Positions 28,860-38,896 are shown, counted from the first letter of the stretch. The stretch is 64,000 nt of DNA from Parcubacteria group bacterium (GCA_943358385.1 CALRGX010000001.1:66380-130379), one strand, 5' to 3'. Translations and numbers: made by a program. The notes: generated by a model not told the origin, from the letters alone.

Positions 28860-28871
28860 TATACTGTATGC

Positions 28872-31703
28872 ATGGAATTTGGTACACCACAACGCCAACC
28901 ACTTACAGAACCGAGCAAGCTGCGCACTACTGAAGATGAACTGGCCTACCTGCGCGCGCGAGTAGAAGAAAAAGAGCGCGAGCTCGGCGTACTCCAGGAT
29001 TCATTCGAAAGCGAGCGTATTGTAAGGAGAGAAATAAAAGAGTATGCCGAAGCGCCTGTTGCTGAAATTTTGCACGAAACAGTGATTACTCCCGAGCATG
29101 ACGCCACCCGCGATGCGCTGCGCCTCAAGCCTGAAGAGCACGACAAACAGATAGATGGGCTGTTGCGTATTGTGGCAGAGAGAGGGATTAGGAATGCGCT
29201 CACCGTTGTGGCACGTATGGCCAACCCTCACCTCGAGGATGATTTCCACCGCTCATTAGTACGCTATGTGGGAGAAGGGTTGCCTGTGGCGAGCGCGGGC
29301 GCCATGAGTGTGTTGGAATCAGGAGAGACCTGGCGAGCGCTTCATATGGCACTCTACGAGGTGCAGCCGCAGGGGGCCATGACCCGTGAGGATGGCAAGC
29401 AGGGCATGGAGCAGCTTTTGAAGTCCACCGAGCAGCTCTACGCGGGGCTTTTGGCAATTGCGAGCGGTAGCAAGGACAGTCGTGACAATGTATTTTCCCT
29501 TGAGATAGCTGTGCCGCAAGGAGCAGAGGATGCTATTTTCTATATCGCCGTTCCAGCTAAGAAGAAAGATTTGTTCGAGCGCCATGTGCTCTCCATTCTT
29601 CCCAACACACGCCTCTCAGAATGCCGAGAGGACTACAACATATTTGCCCCTTCAGGGCATACCATGGCTGCCTATGGAAAACTGCACGAGCATCCCATTC
29701 TCCCAATTCACACCTACGAAGAATTCCAACACGATCCGATGAACGTGATTCTTTCCGCGTTTGCCAAGCTCAAAAAGCACGGCGAAGGCGCCGCTCTTCA
29801 AATCATCGTAGGGAACGAAGATGATCGCTACAGCAGCTACTACCGCAAGATTTTGAAGGAGATGCACAAAGGGAAACCGTACAAGCAGGCGCTCAAGACA
29901 CCTGAAACGGCCCTCGGCGATGCGGCAAAAGAGTTGGGGAAAGAGTTTCTGAAAGCGTTGGGGCGCAAGGATGATGAAAACAAAGAATCTAGTGCCGACA
30001 GTGAACGTTTGGAGCGCATACAAAAGAAAACGCAGAGCCGCATTGTACCGGTCAATATTCGTATACTCTCTTCTGCCGAGACACGTGAGAGAGCAGAAGA
30101 CGTCATACAAAACCTAGCATCAGCATTCAATCAATTCGAGGATCCGCATGGTAACCGCATGGAGTTTCAAGAAGTAAGTGGTGGCAAGTTGCAGGGAGAG
30201 ATTCATAATTTCGTGCTGCGTCTCCCTGAAAAATCACGTGCCCTGCCTCTCAACTTTGCCGAAATCACCTCGCTCTACCATTTGACTGCAGAGGGCATCA
30301 ACACCTCACGGGAACTTAAATCGAGCCGCAGCAAGCAAGCACCGGCCCCTGTGGGCATGCCGGAAGAGGGGATTGTGCTGGGGGTCAACCGCTATGGCGG
30401 GTCGGAAACGACGGTCCACTTCGATGATACCGACCGCATGCGCCACTTCTACCTCGTGGGACAAACGGGCACTGGTAAATCGTCCCTTTTGAAAAACATG
30501 ATTATCCAAGACATTCGCCGAGGGGTGGGGGTCTGCTATATCGATCCACATGGCTCCGACATTCAAGACATCTTGGCTGCGGTGCCGCCAGAGCGAGAAA
30601 AAGATCTCATCTACTTTGATCCAGGCAACATCGCTCGGCCAATGGGGCTGAACATGCTGGAGTACGATGTGAATAACCCAGTAGAAAAAACGTTCCTCGT
30701 GGATGAGCTATTTGGCATATTTCAAAAACTCTATGGAGGCGTGGATGGGGCAGTGGGGCCGGCATTTGAACAGTACTTCCGCAATGCAACGCTTTTGGTG
30801 ATGGAGCACCCGGAATCAGGGAACACGATGGTGGACATCACGCGCATCTTTGCGAGCGAGCCATACCGGAAATTGAAGCTCTCGCACTGCAAAAATCCTC
30901 TGGTAAAGCAGTTCTGGGAAGAAATTGCATCAAAAACTGAAGGCGAGCAGTCGCTGGCGAACTTTGCCCAGTACGTCACCAACAAATTCGATGTGTTCTT
31001 GGCAAACGAAATTATGCGGCCGATTATTGCGCAGGAGCACTCCGCCTTTGATTTCCGCGACATCATGGATAATCGCAAGATTCTTTTGGTAAGTCTTTCA
31101 AAAGGGCGCATCGGAGAAATCAACTCATCGCTGTTGGGGCTCATCATTGTGGGCAAGTTCCTCAATGCTGCATTTTCTCGTGTGGATCTGATCGGGAAAG
31201 GGGAGATGCACCCGTTCTATATGTACATCGACGAGTTCCAGAACTTCACCACGCCGTCAATTGCCACTATCTTCTCCGAAGCGCGCAAGTACAAGCTTAT
31301 TTTAAACGTGACGCATCAGTACCTGGATCAGCTCACTGATGAAATCCGCACGTCAGTGTTTGGTAACGTGGGTACGCGCTGTGTGTTCCGTGTGGGTGAG
31401 AAAGATGCGCAGTTCTTCGAGCCGATGCTGCAGCCGGAATTTGCCGCATCTGATGTCATGAACCTCGACAACTTCAACGGTATTCTCTCACTTTTGGTAA
31501 AGGGGGTACCTGTGAAGCCATTTACCGTGGCATCCCTCAAGCCTGAGGATACCGACTACTCGCGCCTGGATTTCCTCAAGCAGCAGTCCTACCAGAAGTA
31601 TGGTCGTCCTCGCGAAGATGTGGAAGCTGAAGTCCAGGCTCGCTACAACGCAAAACCCCTCCCCGTGGACACCCTTGCAAGAGACGCTTTTGGAGGGTTT
31701 TAA
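28872..31703 (+). CDS. large P-loop ATPase, TraD/VirD4/VirB4-like (AAA-like DUF87 family) with about 480-aa novel N-terminal region
   Basis: ORF 28806..31703 trimmed to MEFGTPQRQ after palindrome; Walker A LVGQTGTGKSS, Walker B FYMYIDEFQNF, C-terminal TraG-D-like segment. Confidence 0.6.
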   Translation: MEFGTPQRQPLTEPSKLRTTEDELAYLRARVEEKERELGVLQDSFESERIVRREIKEYAEAPVAEILHETVITPEHDATRDALRLKPEEHDKQIDGLLRIVAERGIRNALTVVARMANPHLEDDFHRSLVRYVGEGLPVASAGAMSVLESGETWRALHMALYEVQPQGAMTREDGKQGMEQLLKSTEQLYAGLLAIASGSKDSRDNVFSLEIAVPQGAEDAIFYIAVPAKKKDLFERHVLSILPNTRLSECREDYNIFAPSGHTMAAYGKLHEHPILPIHTYEEFQHDPMNVILSAFAKLKKHGEGAALQIIVGNEDDRYSSYYRKILKEMHKGKPYKQALKTPETALGDAAKELGKEFLKALGRKDDENKESSADSERLERIQKKTQSRIVPVNIRILSSAETRERAEDVIQNLASAFNQFEDPHGNRMEFQEVSGGKLQGEIHNFVLRLPEKSRALPLNFAEITSLYHLTAEGINTSRELKSSRSKQAPAPVGMPEEGIVLGVNRYGGSETTVHFDDTDRMRHFYLVGQTGTGKSSLLKNMIIQDIRRGVGVCYIDPHGSDIQDILAAVPPEREKDLIYFDPGNIARPMGLNMLEYDVNNPVEKTFLVDELFGIFQKLYGGVDGAVGPAFEQYFRNATLLVMEHPESGNTMVDITRIFASEPYRKLKLSHCKNPLVKQFWEEIASKTEGEQSLANFAQYVTNKFDVFLANEIMRPIIAQEHSAFDFRDIMDNRKILLVSLSKGRIGEINSSLLGLIIVGKFLNAAFSRVDLIGKGEMHPFYMYIDEFQNFTTPSIATIFSEARKYKLILNVTHQYLDQLTDEIRTSVFGNVGTRCVFRVGEKDAQFFEPMLQPEFAASDVMNLDNFNGILSLLVKGVPVKPFTVASLKPEDTDYSRLDFLKQQSYQKYGRPREDVEAEVQARYNAKPLPVDTLARDAFGGF

Positions 31704-31761
31704 GTTTGTCATTTCTTAGCAAAAGCGCTATAGTTCGCCTGTTATTTTCTAACTAGTTGCC

Positions 31762-32373
31762 ATGCCTCACACACAAACCGAGCGGACGTTTGTCATTTTC
31801 AAGCCAGACGCTATCCAGCGTTCTCTCATGGGCGAGCTTATTAAGCGTTTCGAGCGCGTTGGCCTCAAGATGGTGGGTATCAAATTGGTAGACCTCAACC
31901 AGGTAGATGAAAAGAAGGTGTGGGAGCACTACAATAAAGACGACGCATGGTTCACGAAGAAAGGGACCGGACTCGCTGAGGCGTTGAAAAATGCAGGTAA
32001 GCCGATCACCAAGGAGCCAATCGACTACGGCAAAGACATCATCCGCGCCCTCATCAAGTACATGCAGGCAGGGCCAGTATTGATGATGGTATGGCAGGGT
32101 AACCAGTCGGTAGCGGTCATCAAGAAGCTCGTCGGAGAGACGGAGCCATCGACATCAGATGTCGGTACCATCCGTGGTGACTTCACCATCGATTCGTTCC
32201 CATTGGCCAACGTCGATGACCGCGCGGTGCGCAACCTCGTCCACTGTTCGGACAACCTCGATGATGCAAAGCGTGAAATTAAATTGTGGTTCGCTGATGC
32301 AGAATTGATGAACTACCGTCTCATCCCCGAGCAGATCTTTTATGACGTCAACTTGGACGGGATTTTCGAGTAA
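31762..32373 (+). CDS. ndk: nucleoside-diphosphate kinase (long form, 203 aa)
   Basis: ERTFVIFKPDAIQRSLMGELIKRFE, active-site His region NLVHCSD. Confidence 0.85.
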   Translation: MPHTQTERTFVIFKPDAIQRSLMGELIKRFERVGLKMVGIKLVDLNQVDEKKVWEHYNKDDAWFTKKGTGLAEALKNAGKPITKEPIDYGKDIIRALIKYMQAGPVLMMVWQGNQSVAVIKKLVGETEPSTSDVGTIRGDFTIDSFPLANVDDRAVRNLVHCSDNLDDAKREIKLWFADAELMNYRLIPEQIFYDVNLDGIFE

Positions 32374-32389
32374 ATATCTCTATGGAAAA

Positions 32390-32422
32390 CAACACGCGGC
32401 GCCAAAGGCGCCGCGTGTTGTT
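32390..32422 (+). terminator. intrinsic terminator after ndk (aacacgcggcgccaaaggcgccgcgtgttgttttcc)
   Basis: 12-bp GC stem + T-run. Confidence 0.65.
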
Positions 32423-32470
32423 TTCCCCATAAGAGGTAGGCGGTCTCAATGCGGCCGCTACAATGGAAAC

Positions 32471-33562
32471 ATGCATACCTCCTCGTACCTCGTGCTTTTA
32501 CTGGGTCTACTTTTTATACCGATATACAGTTTTGCGCAAACACCCACCACCGTTTTTCCTCAGTGCCCCACGCTGCAGAGCAATTTTGAATTCGGCGCAC
32601 GAGATGCTGAGACACGTGGGCAGGTGTCCGCTCTGCAGCGGTATCTCGCAGAGTATTACAGGCAACCGTTCAGCGAACTGGTAACCGGATATTTTGGAAC
32701 ACGAACGCGTGATAATGTGCGCCGCTTCCAATGCGACACCTTTTCGTTGTGTTCGGGAGATGAAAGTAGTGGCTATGGTGCAGTGGGCCCTCGCACGCGT
32801 GCAGCAATTGAAAGCCGTTGTAGGATGGGTGGGGCCAATACAAGCACTGACAGGAGTCTAGAAAGCAGTACCAGCGGTACCGCCGAAGATTAGGTACCGA
32901 ATCCGCGCATTCCGTCATCAACAGTCACGAACAATACCGGTGGTAACACGACGCCAAACAGTGATGATGATTTCTCGTGCACGCTTAATGGGGTGACCGT
33001 GCGTGACGGCTCATCGACGATATTCTACAGTGCGCCATCGGTCGTTTATCCAAACACGTGCACAAACATACTTCAGGCGCGCACCTGTTCAGCGGGCGTC
33101 CTATTTGGTTCGTCTCAGTATCAATATGCATCGTGTGCAGTGAATGGGGCACCTCCACGTACGGATGGTGGGGCAAGTAGTTCAGCTACGGACAACACGT
33201 TGATGCGTTACTACGAGGCGACGCCCAGCGGCGCTTCTGCGAGCACACAACCACCTACGCTCGACAGAACGGGGAGCGTAGTGACCTGTAGTTACAACGG
33301 CACTATGTACATGGAAGGGCGGTCTATATGGGTGTCTCAATCGTGCCGCACTCTGGAAACAAGCAGTACCTCCTGCGGCTACTATATGACTTGCGGCAGA
33401 GGAGGCTGGGTAAACGGGTCATCTGCAACCGGGAATGGTTCTGCAAGCTGCACGTTCGAAAACACACCGGAAGGTTCTCTGTGCGGAGGCCAGTATCATT
33501 GTGGTTTCGGTGTAAATGGTCACACTTGGTCAACTACAGCATGTAACTTGAATATTCGGTAA
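32471..33562 (+). pseudogene. secreted protein (signal peptide + peptidoglycan-binding-like domain + S/T/N linker + Cys-rich C-terminal domain) interrupted by in-frame TAG at 32891-32893
   Basis: ORFs 32342..32893 and 32993..33562 are in the same frame with no other stop between; MHTSSYLVLLLGLLFIPIYSFA signal; LQRYLAEYY…GYFGTRTRDNVRRFQ PG_binding-like. Confidence 0.4.
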
Positions 33563-33801
33563 GTATTGACGATATACCGACAAACGTTTTTCAGTGTGAA
33601 ATACACATGCAGCCAAAAATGAGAGGTATATACTAAATGAGGGACGGGTATTGACCTGCTTACGAGTATTAGGGAGGCCTACATTGTCCTTTTCCGGCGA
33701 ATCGAGCATTCAGAACACAGACGCTGTGGATTGAATGCTCGATTCCGAAGAATCGTGACTGCGGTCACCCACCTGACTTTTCGTCAGGCTCGCTGCCCGC
33801 C

Positions 33802-33836
33802 CCTTCGAAAAAGACCGCCTCTCCGGAGCGCGGTCT
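33802..33836 (+). terminator. hairpin GACCGCCTCTCCGGAGCGCGGTC + TTTTT
   Basis: read directly. Confidence 0.4.
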
Positions 33837-33844
33837 TTTTCGTG

Positions 33845-33886
33845 CCCCCACACCTTTCCCTGCACAGCAGGCGAAAGGTGTGGGGG
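33845..33886. repeat. palindrome CCCCCACACCTTTCCCTGCACAGCAGGCGAAAGGTGTGGGGG (CACACCTT family)
   Basis: read directly. Confidence 0.65.
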
Positions 33887-33986
33887 CGTGCCCTCCTACT
33901 AGTCACAGAGAAAGGTGGGCGAGCGTGCTCAGTATTCCTAAAATACCCAAAGTGCTTGCCCGTAGTCCCATGCTAAAATCACCCTC

Positions 33987-34349
33987 ATGCCACTTCGCGC
34001 TCTGTTTACTACCCAGCTCGTGGTCGTTGCATTTTTGGGTGTGCTCCACGTAGGAGCCCTCTCCTATAGCCTGTATTGGCAGTACCCCTGGCTTGATGTG
34101 CTGTCACACTTCCTCGGTGGTCTGTGGGTCGCTCTCGCTCTCTTGTGGCTGGCATATCGTTTCGGTATCCACCCACGAGCATTTCACCTATTTTTAGGAG
34201 TGCTTGCCGTTGGTTTGGCATGGGAAGTTTTTGAAGTTGCCGCTGGTATCCCGCGAGAAAGTAATTGGCTGTTTGATACGGCGATTGACCTCATTATGGA
34301 CCTCTTTGGTGCGCTGGTAGGTATTGTGTGGGGCAAACGGTTGCTATGA
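33987..34349 (+). CDS. small polytopic membrane protein (VanZ-like?)
   Basis: 120 aa, 3-4 TM helices; stop overlaps next gene start (ATGA). Confidence 0.5.
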   Translation: MPLRALFTTQLVVVAFLGVLHVGALSYSLYWQYPWLDVLSHFLGGLWVALALLWLAYRFGIHPRAFHLFLGVLAVGLAWEVFEVAAGIPRESNWLFDTAIDLIMDLFGALVGIVWGKRLL

Positions 34350-35716
34350 GTATGCACACGAGCACCATCTCTTTTCGAGGAGGTACCGGCAGTGTCACGG
34401 GCGCCAACTTTCTCCTCGATACCGGTACAGACAAGATCCTGGTTGATTGTGGGCTGACTCAGGGAGAAAATTTTTGTTCAGAAGAAAATTATGGTGAATT
34501 TACCTACGTGCCGAGCGAGGTGCGGACGCTTCTCGTAACGCACGCACACATGGATCACATTGGGCGCATTCCACAATTGGTGCGCCGCGGCTTTACTGGC
34601 GAGATTTATTCCACAGAAGCGACGAAAGACTTAGCGCGCGCGATGTTCAAAGACGCGGTCGGTATCCTCGCAGGGGAGGCGCGGCTCTGCCACAAAGAGC
34701 CGCTCTATGAGGCTGAAGATGTGGAACAAGCACTTACACTGTGGAAGACTCATGAGTATGGAGAGGTATTCTCTCTTGCGGACGACGTGCAGTGCACATT
34801 TAAGGACGCAGGACATATACTCGGATCTTCGCTGGTGTTCCTAGAGCGAGCAGGGAAGCGCATCGTATTTTCAGGAGATTTGGGTAACAGCCCCGACGTG
34901 CTGTTGAAAGATACTGAATCTATTGAGGGGGCACACTACCTCGTGATGGAGAGTGTCTACGGAGATCGCGCACACGAAGGGCGCGACATGAGACGCCAAG
35001 TACTTCGCGCGGCGATAGAAGACTCGAGACAAAAAGGCGGCGTCCTCCTCATTCCATCATTTTCCCTGCAACGTACCCAAGTACTGCTCTCTGAAATAAA
35101 TGCCTTGATTGAAGATGAGGGCATGCAGCCCATACCCATATTCCTGGATTCGCCTCTTGCTATCGAGGTCTTGGATATCTACCGTCGCCACAGCGATTTG
35201 TTTAACGATGAGGCCAGGGCACGTATTGCAGGTGGTGATGATTTGTTTGACTTCCCGAAATTAAAACTGACTTGTGCCCCAGAAGATTCTGCAAGTATTG
35301 AATCCGCACCGAATCCAAAGGTGGTTATTGCGGGTTCGGGCATGTCGCATGGAGGCAGAATCCGCTCACATGAGCGCCGTTACCTAGGCGACAAAAGTGC
35401 AACGGTTTTGTTTGTCGGGTATCAAACCGTGGGGTCTCTGGGCCGTCGCATAAAAGACGGCGCTGAAAAGGTCAAAATTGATGGCGATTGGGTGAAAGTA
35501 CGTGCCCGTGTGTCTGAACTGTCGGGATACTCTGCACACAAAGACCGAGACGCACTCATTTCATTTGTGGAAACCGCGCAGGCGACGCTCAAAAAAGTAT
35601 TTGTCGTCATGGGTGAACCGAAAGCAGCACTCTTTCTTACTCAACGTCTGCGTGATTTTCTTGGAGTTGATGCAACAGCACCCGCAAAAGAGAACAGTGT
35701 AACGATTGACTGGTAA
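34343..35716 (+). CDS. MBL-fold beta-CASP ribonuclease (RNase J / CPSF-like)
   Basis: HAHMDHIGRIP (HxHxDH), downstream beta-CASP region; ORF 34328..35716. Confidence 0.75.
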   Translation, partial: AMSMHTSTISFRGGTGSVTGANFLLDTGTDKILVDCGLTQGENFCSEENYGEFTYVPSEVRTLLVTHAHMDHIGRIPQLVRRGFTGEIYSTEATKDLARAMFKDAVGILAGEARLCHKEPLYEAEDVEQALTLWKTHEYGEVFSLADDVQCTFKDAGHILGSSLVFLERAGKRIVFSGDLGNSPDVLLKDTESIEGAHYLVMESVYGDRAHEGRDMRRQVLRAAIEDSRQKGGVLLIPSFSLQRTQVLLSEINALIEDEGMQPIPIFLDSPLAIEVLDIYRRHSDLFNDEARARIAGGDDLFDFPKLKLTCAPEDSASIESAPNPKVVIAGSGMSHGGRIRSHERRYLGDKSATVLFVGYQTVGSLGRRIKDGAEKVKIDGDWVKVRARVSELSGYSAHKDRDALISFVETAQATLKKVFVVMGEPKAALFLTQRLRDFLGVDATAPAKENSVTIDW

Positions 35717-36473
35717 ATCTTTTGGTATACTGAGCGCAATGCCTGAGGTTGATCGCATACAAAAAGAACATGATGTGCTGTACGCACAAGATCTTGCACG
35801 CAATGTAAAAGGTATTGCGAATCAGCACCCTGGTGCAAATCGTTTTGGAAAAATTAAACACGGGCATGCGCGCTACAAAATTTGTGTCTCTGGCGCTGCT
35901 GAAACAGGGCATTGTGGATTAGATGCGTACGAAAAAGGGAAGGAGATTGGCCGCGAGATTGTGCGGCAAGGCTGTATCCTCACCACTGGTGCGACAACCG
36001 GTATGCCGCAGTACGCGGCTGTTGGGTGCAAAGAAGAGGGCGGACTTTCAATCGGATTTTCTCCTGCGTCTACCGAGAAAGAACATCTCAATACCTACAA
36101 GCTGCCTTTGGATTACATGGATGTGGTGGTCTATACCGGCTTCGGCTTTCCCGGGCGCGACCTGCTCCTCACTCGCTCATCTGATGCGGTGGTCTTGGGT
36201 TGTGGGCGCGTCGGGACCATCCACGAGTTCACCATTGCGTACGAGGATAAGAAACCAGTAGGCATTCTGGAAGGTTCGTGGGAGACGGACGAAGTGCTAC
36301 ATCACCTCATTAATGCTTCGCACCGTCCTATGACGAAAGTTATTTTCGACCCAGATCCGCGGGCCCTCGTGGAGCGACTAGTAGAGATGGTGAAAAAAGA
36401 TAAAGAAGAGTACAACTTGGTGCATAAAAACTACGATGGTTGGAGTGGTACCGATGGCGATTTGATACTATAG
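35706..36473 (+). CDS. LOG / TIGR00725-family Rossmann-fold nucleotide-binding protein
   Basis: ICVSGAAETG…ILTTGATTGMPQYAA…VVYTGFGFPGRD…VLGCGRVGTIHEF pattern. Confidence 0.6.
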   Translation: MTGKSFGILSAMPEVDRIQKEHDVLYAQDLARNVKGIANQHPGANRFGKIKHGHARYKICVSGAAETGHCGLDAYEKGKEIGREIVRQGCILTTGATTGMPQYAAVGCKEEGGLSIGFSPASTEKEHLNTYKLPLDYMDVVVYTGFGFPGRDLLLTRSSDAVVLGCGRVGTIHEFTIAYEDKKPVGILEGSWETDEVLHHLINASHRPMTKVIFDPDPRALVERLVEMVKKDKEEYNLVHKNYDGWSGTDGDLIL

Positions 36474-36480
36474 TGGGCAT

Positions 36481-37005
36481 ATGCCCACCCTACGAACGCA
36501 CGGACTCAAGTACCTTACCGGTATCGTCGTGGTAATTGGATTGCGCCTATTGCCCCATCCACCAAATATTGAGCCGATCACGGCGACCTTGATGCCGTTT
36601 GGGAAGCAATTTGGAATACTCGGGGGCGCTCTCTTTGGTGCCATCACCGTGCTTCTGTACGACCTTTTTACCGGAACACTCGGGATGTGGTCGCTGCTCA
36701 CCGTGAGTGGTTTCGTACTCCTCGGTGTTGCCTCCGGAATGTACTTCAAAAAAGACCGTGGCCGATTCGGATACCTACGCTTTGCTATAGTAGGTACTAT
36801 TGGATACGACGTGCTTACGGGACTTTCAGTTGGCCCGCTATTTTTTGGGCAACCGTTTATGGAGGCACTCGTCGGACAAGTTCCTTTCACCATGTATCAC
36901 TTGGCAGGGAACATACTACTTGCCTTGGTCTTGTCGCCGCTCATTGAAAAGTGGGTAGTGAAGAACCCGTCTTTGGCATTCGAGCAGGTTCCTCAAAAGG
37001 CATAA
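36481..37005 (+). CDS. membrane protein, possible ECF-transporter S-component-like
   Basis: 174 aa, about 5 TM helices; weak family assignment. Confidence 0.35.
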   Translation: MPTLRTHGLKYLTGIVVVIGLRLLPHPPNIEPITATLMPFGKQFGILGGALFGAITVLLYDLFTGTLGMWSLLTVSGFVLLGVASGMYFKKDRGRFGYLRFAIVGTIGYDVLTGLSVGPLFFGQPFMEALVGQVPFTMYHLAGNILLALVLSPLIEKWVVKNPSLAFEQVPQKA

Positions 37006-37017
37006 ACTTGCTGTGCA

Positions 37018-37572
37018 GTGGGCAAGCTGATAGCCTGCCCTAAGTGCAGCAGAAAGAAGGATCTGATCGTGGAAAAAGCAGATGTTCCGCACTTCATTCA
37101 GAGGGTCGCCATTCGCGGGCCTACGTTTCAGAATCTCGCAGACATTGCCCGAACGCAGTTGCAGGCTTTTGGTGGCAAGGCAGAGATTGTGTGTGGCCCA
37201 ATATCAACCGGTGGCTATGGAAACGTGGTCGCCAACCTACTAATGTTTAACCACGCCATCGAAGTGCTTCAGGCACATGATCGCCGCGTGTGGAGTCAGG
37301 TGCCATTTGAGGCTGGTTTGGCTGAACTACACAATAAATGGATGGAGGAACATCCAACGGCAACGTACTGCTACCCAATCATGGCCGACTTCTACTGGCC
37401 GATTCTCACACCGGATTTGGTGTGCCGTGCCTGGTTCATTGACGGAGAGCGCGGCTGGGAGACCTCGACCGGCGCCAAGATGGAGTGGCAACGGCTGGGA
37501 GAGTTGGGTATCGATCGTCGCCTGTTCAAGGAAGAGTGGCACCGCACGTTTGTGCCGCCAAGCGACTTGTAA
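37018..37572 (+). CDS. hypothetical cytoplasmic protein (184 aa)
   Basis: ORF with N-terminal CPKCSRKK; no family recognised. Confidence 0.45.
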   Translation: MGKLIACPKCSRKKDLIVEKADVPHFIQRVAIRGPTFQNLADIARTQLQAFGGKAEIVCGPISTGGYGNVVANLLMFNHAIEVLQAHDRRVWSQVPFEAGLAELHNKWMEEHPTATYCYPIMADFYWPILTPDLVCRAWFIDGERGWETSTGAKMEWQRLGELGIDRRLFKEEWHRTFVPPSDL

Positions 37573-37593
37573 CTCCGTCCAGGGGACATGAAA

Positions 37594-37625
37594 GCAAAAA
37601 GCCGCCTCAAAGAGGCGGCTTTTCA
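37594..37625. terminator. bidirectional terminator AAAGCCGCCTCAAAGAGGCGGCTTTTCAC
   Basis: between convergent genes 37018..37572 (+) and rplT (-). Confidence 0.7.
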
Positions 37626-37639
37626 CTATAAGGAGATGG

Positions 37640-37987
37640 TTACTTAACTTGCTCAACCAACCGTGCAAACATTTCTGGCTGGTCTTTCGCGAGAGTAGAA
37701 AGAACCTTACGGTCGAGCTCGATGTTCTTCTTCTTGAGTGCGTCGATAAACGTACTGTAGTTTTTAAAGCCATTAGCGCGTACTGCAGCATTGATGCGCA
37801 AGGTGAAGGTTTGGCGGGCAATGCGCTTCTTGGTGCGACGGTCGCGGAAGGCGTTTTGGCCTGCCTTTGAAATCGCTTCACGCGCGATGCGCTCTTTGGT
37901 AGAGCGGCCGAATCGGTAGCCCTTTACCATCTTGAGGACGTTTCGACGTCGTTTCAATGAAGTGGTTCCTCGTTTTACTCGTGCCAT
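37640..37987 (-). CDS. rplT: 50S ribosomal protein L20
   Basis: [29 protein letters not shown]…. Confidence 0.93.
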   Translation of the reverse strand: MARVKRGTTSLKRRRNVLKMVKGYRFGRSTKERIAREAISKAGQNAFRDRRTKKRIARQTFTLRINAAVRANGFKNYSTFIDALKKKNIELDRKVLSTLAKDQPEMFARLVEQVK

Positions 37988-38016
37988 AAAAGCGGTTGAT
38001 AGTTGTTAGTAGTAGT

Positions 38017-38229
38017 TTATTTAGAAGAGGGGAGGAAACGGCTGCGATCACTCTTGGTCATGACCAAGGTTGAGGCAACTGATCGCTTCTTCGCCATAAC
38101 CTTCTTACCTGAAGCTTTCGCGTTGAAGTGGTTCTGTCCTGGGACGCGTGCAACGATTTTACCCTTCTTCGTGACGCGGAGACGCTTGGTGTATGATTTG
38201 TTGGTTTTCATATTTTTGTTGATTTTCAA
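38017..38229 (-). CDS. rpmI: 50S ribosomal protein L35
   Basis: MKINKNMKTNKSYTKRLRVTKKGKI; 70 aa. Confidence 0.85.
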   Translation of the reverse strand: MKINKNMKTNKSYTKRLRVTKKGKIVARVPGQNHFNAKASGKKVMAKKRSVASTLVMTKSDRSRFLPSSK

Positions 38230-38231
38230 GG

Positions 38232-38861
38232 CTATTTTGCCTCTTTTTCGGCTTCACCAGGCATCGATGGCTCAGGGGCAAGGGGCTTTATGGGTGTGCT
38301 AGGCTTCCAGCTTTTCCCAGAGCGGTCCCGCTCGATGACCACGGCAAGTCCTTTCGGACTCTGCTTGATGTCGTCCGCGATTTTAAAGGATTCTGGGATA
38401 ATTGCAAGGAACCGCTCAAGGCGGTCCTTGAGGAAATTGAAATCCATGTATTTATAGCGCCCCCACAAAAAGAGGTCTACTTTGACGCGGTGCCCTTGCT
38501 GCAGCCATGCGGCAATCTTTCCTGCCTTGATGCGCATGTCGTTTTCACCAGTACCAATCTTTACCTGGGCTTCTTTCGTCTCTACTATGACCGCTTTAGA
38601 TTTGATCTCCTTTGATTTCTTCTTAGTTTCGTACATGTACTTACCGTAATCGGTGATACGACAGACGGGAGGTTGCGCGTTCGGCGAAATTTCGATGAGG
38701 TCGAGGCCCAGCTCCTGCGCCTGCTTAGTTGCTTCGCGAGGATTCATAACGCCAAGGTTTTCGCCCTGTGCGCCGATGACGCGCACTTCCGTTGCTCGGA
38801 TGCCTTCGTTGATACGCACGCTCTCGCGTGATTTATCTGATGAGTATTTAGTGAATCCCAT
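38232..38861 (-). CDS. infC: translation initiation factor IF-3
   Basis: INEGIRATEVRVIGAQGENLGVM…CRITDYGKYMYE. Confidence 0.9.
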   Translation of the reverse strand: MGFTKYSSDKSRESVRINEGIRATEVRVIGAQGENLGVMNPREATKQAQELGLDLIEISPNAQPPVCRITDYGKYMYETKKKSKEIKSKAVIVETKEAQVKIGTGENDMRIKAGKIAAWLQQGHRVKVDLFLWGRYKYMDFNFLKDRLERFLAIIPESFKIADDIKQSPKGLAVVIERDRSGKSWKPSTPIKPLAPEPSMPGEAEKEAK

Positions 38862-38896
38862 GGAGACAGTATTGTACCACAGAGAAGAGGGAATCG

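Noticed and set aside
28806-28871. Upstream start (28806) for the large ATPase
   Set aside because: These first 22 codons are the translation of a perfect 43-bp palindrome; the ATG at 28872 follows it.
33731-33976. 81-aa ORF between the Cys-rich protein and the VanZ-like membrane protein
   Set aside because: It spans a terminator hairpin and a CACACCTT-family palindrome; the translation is Arg/Pro-rich with no start context.
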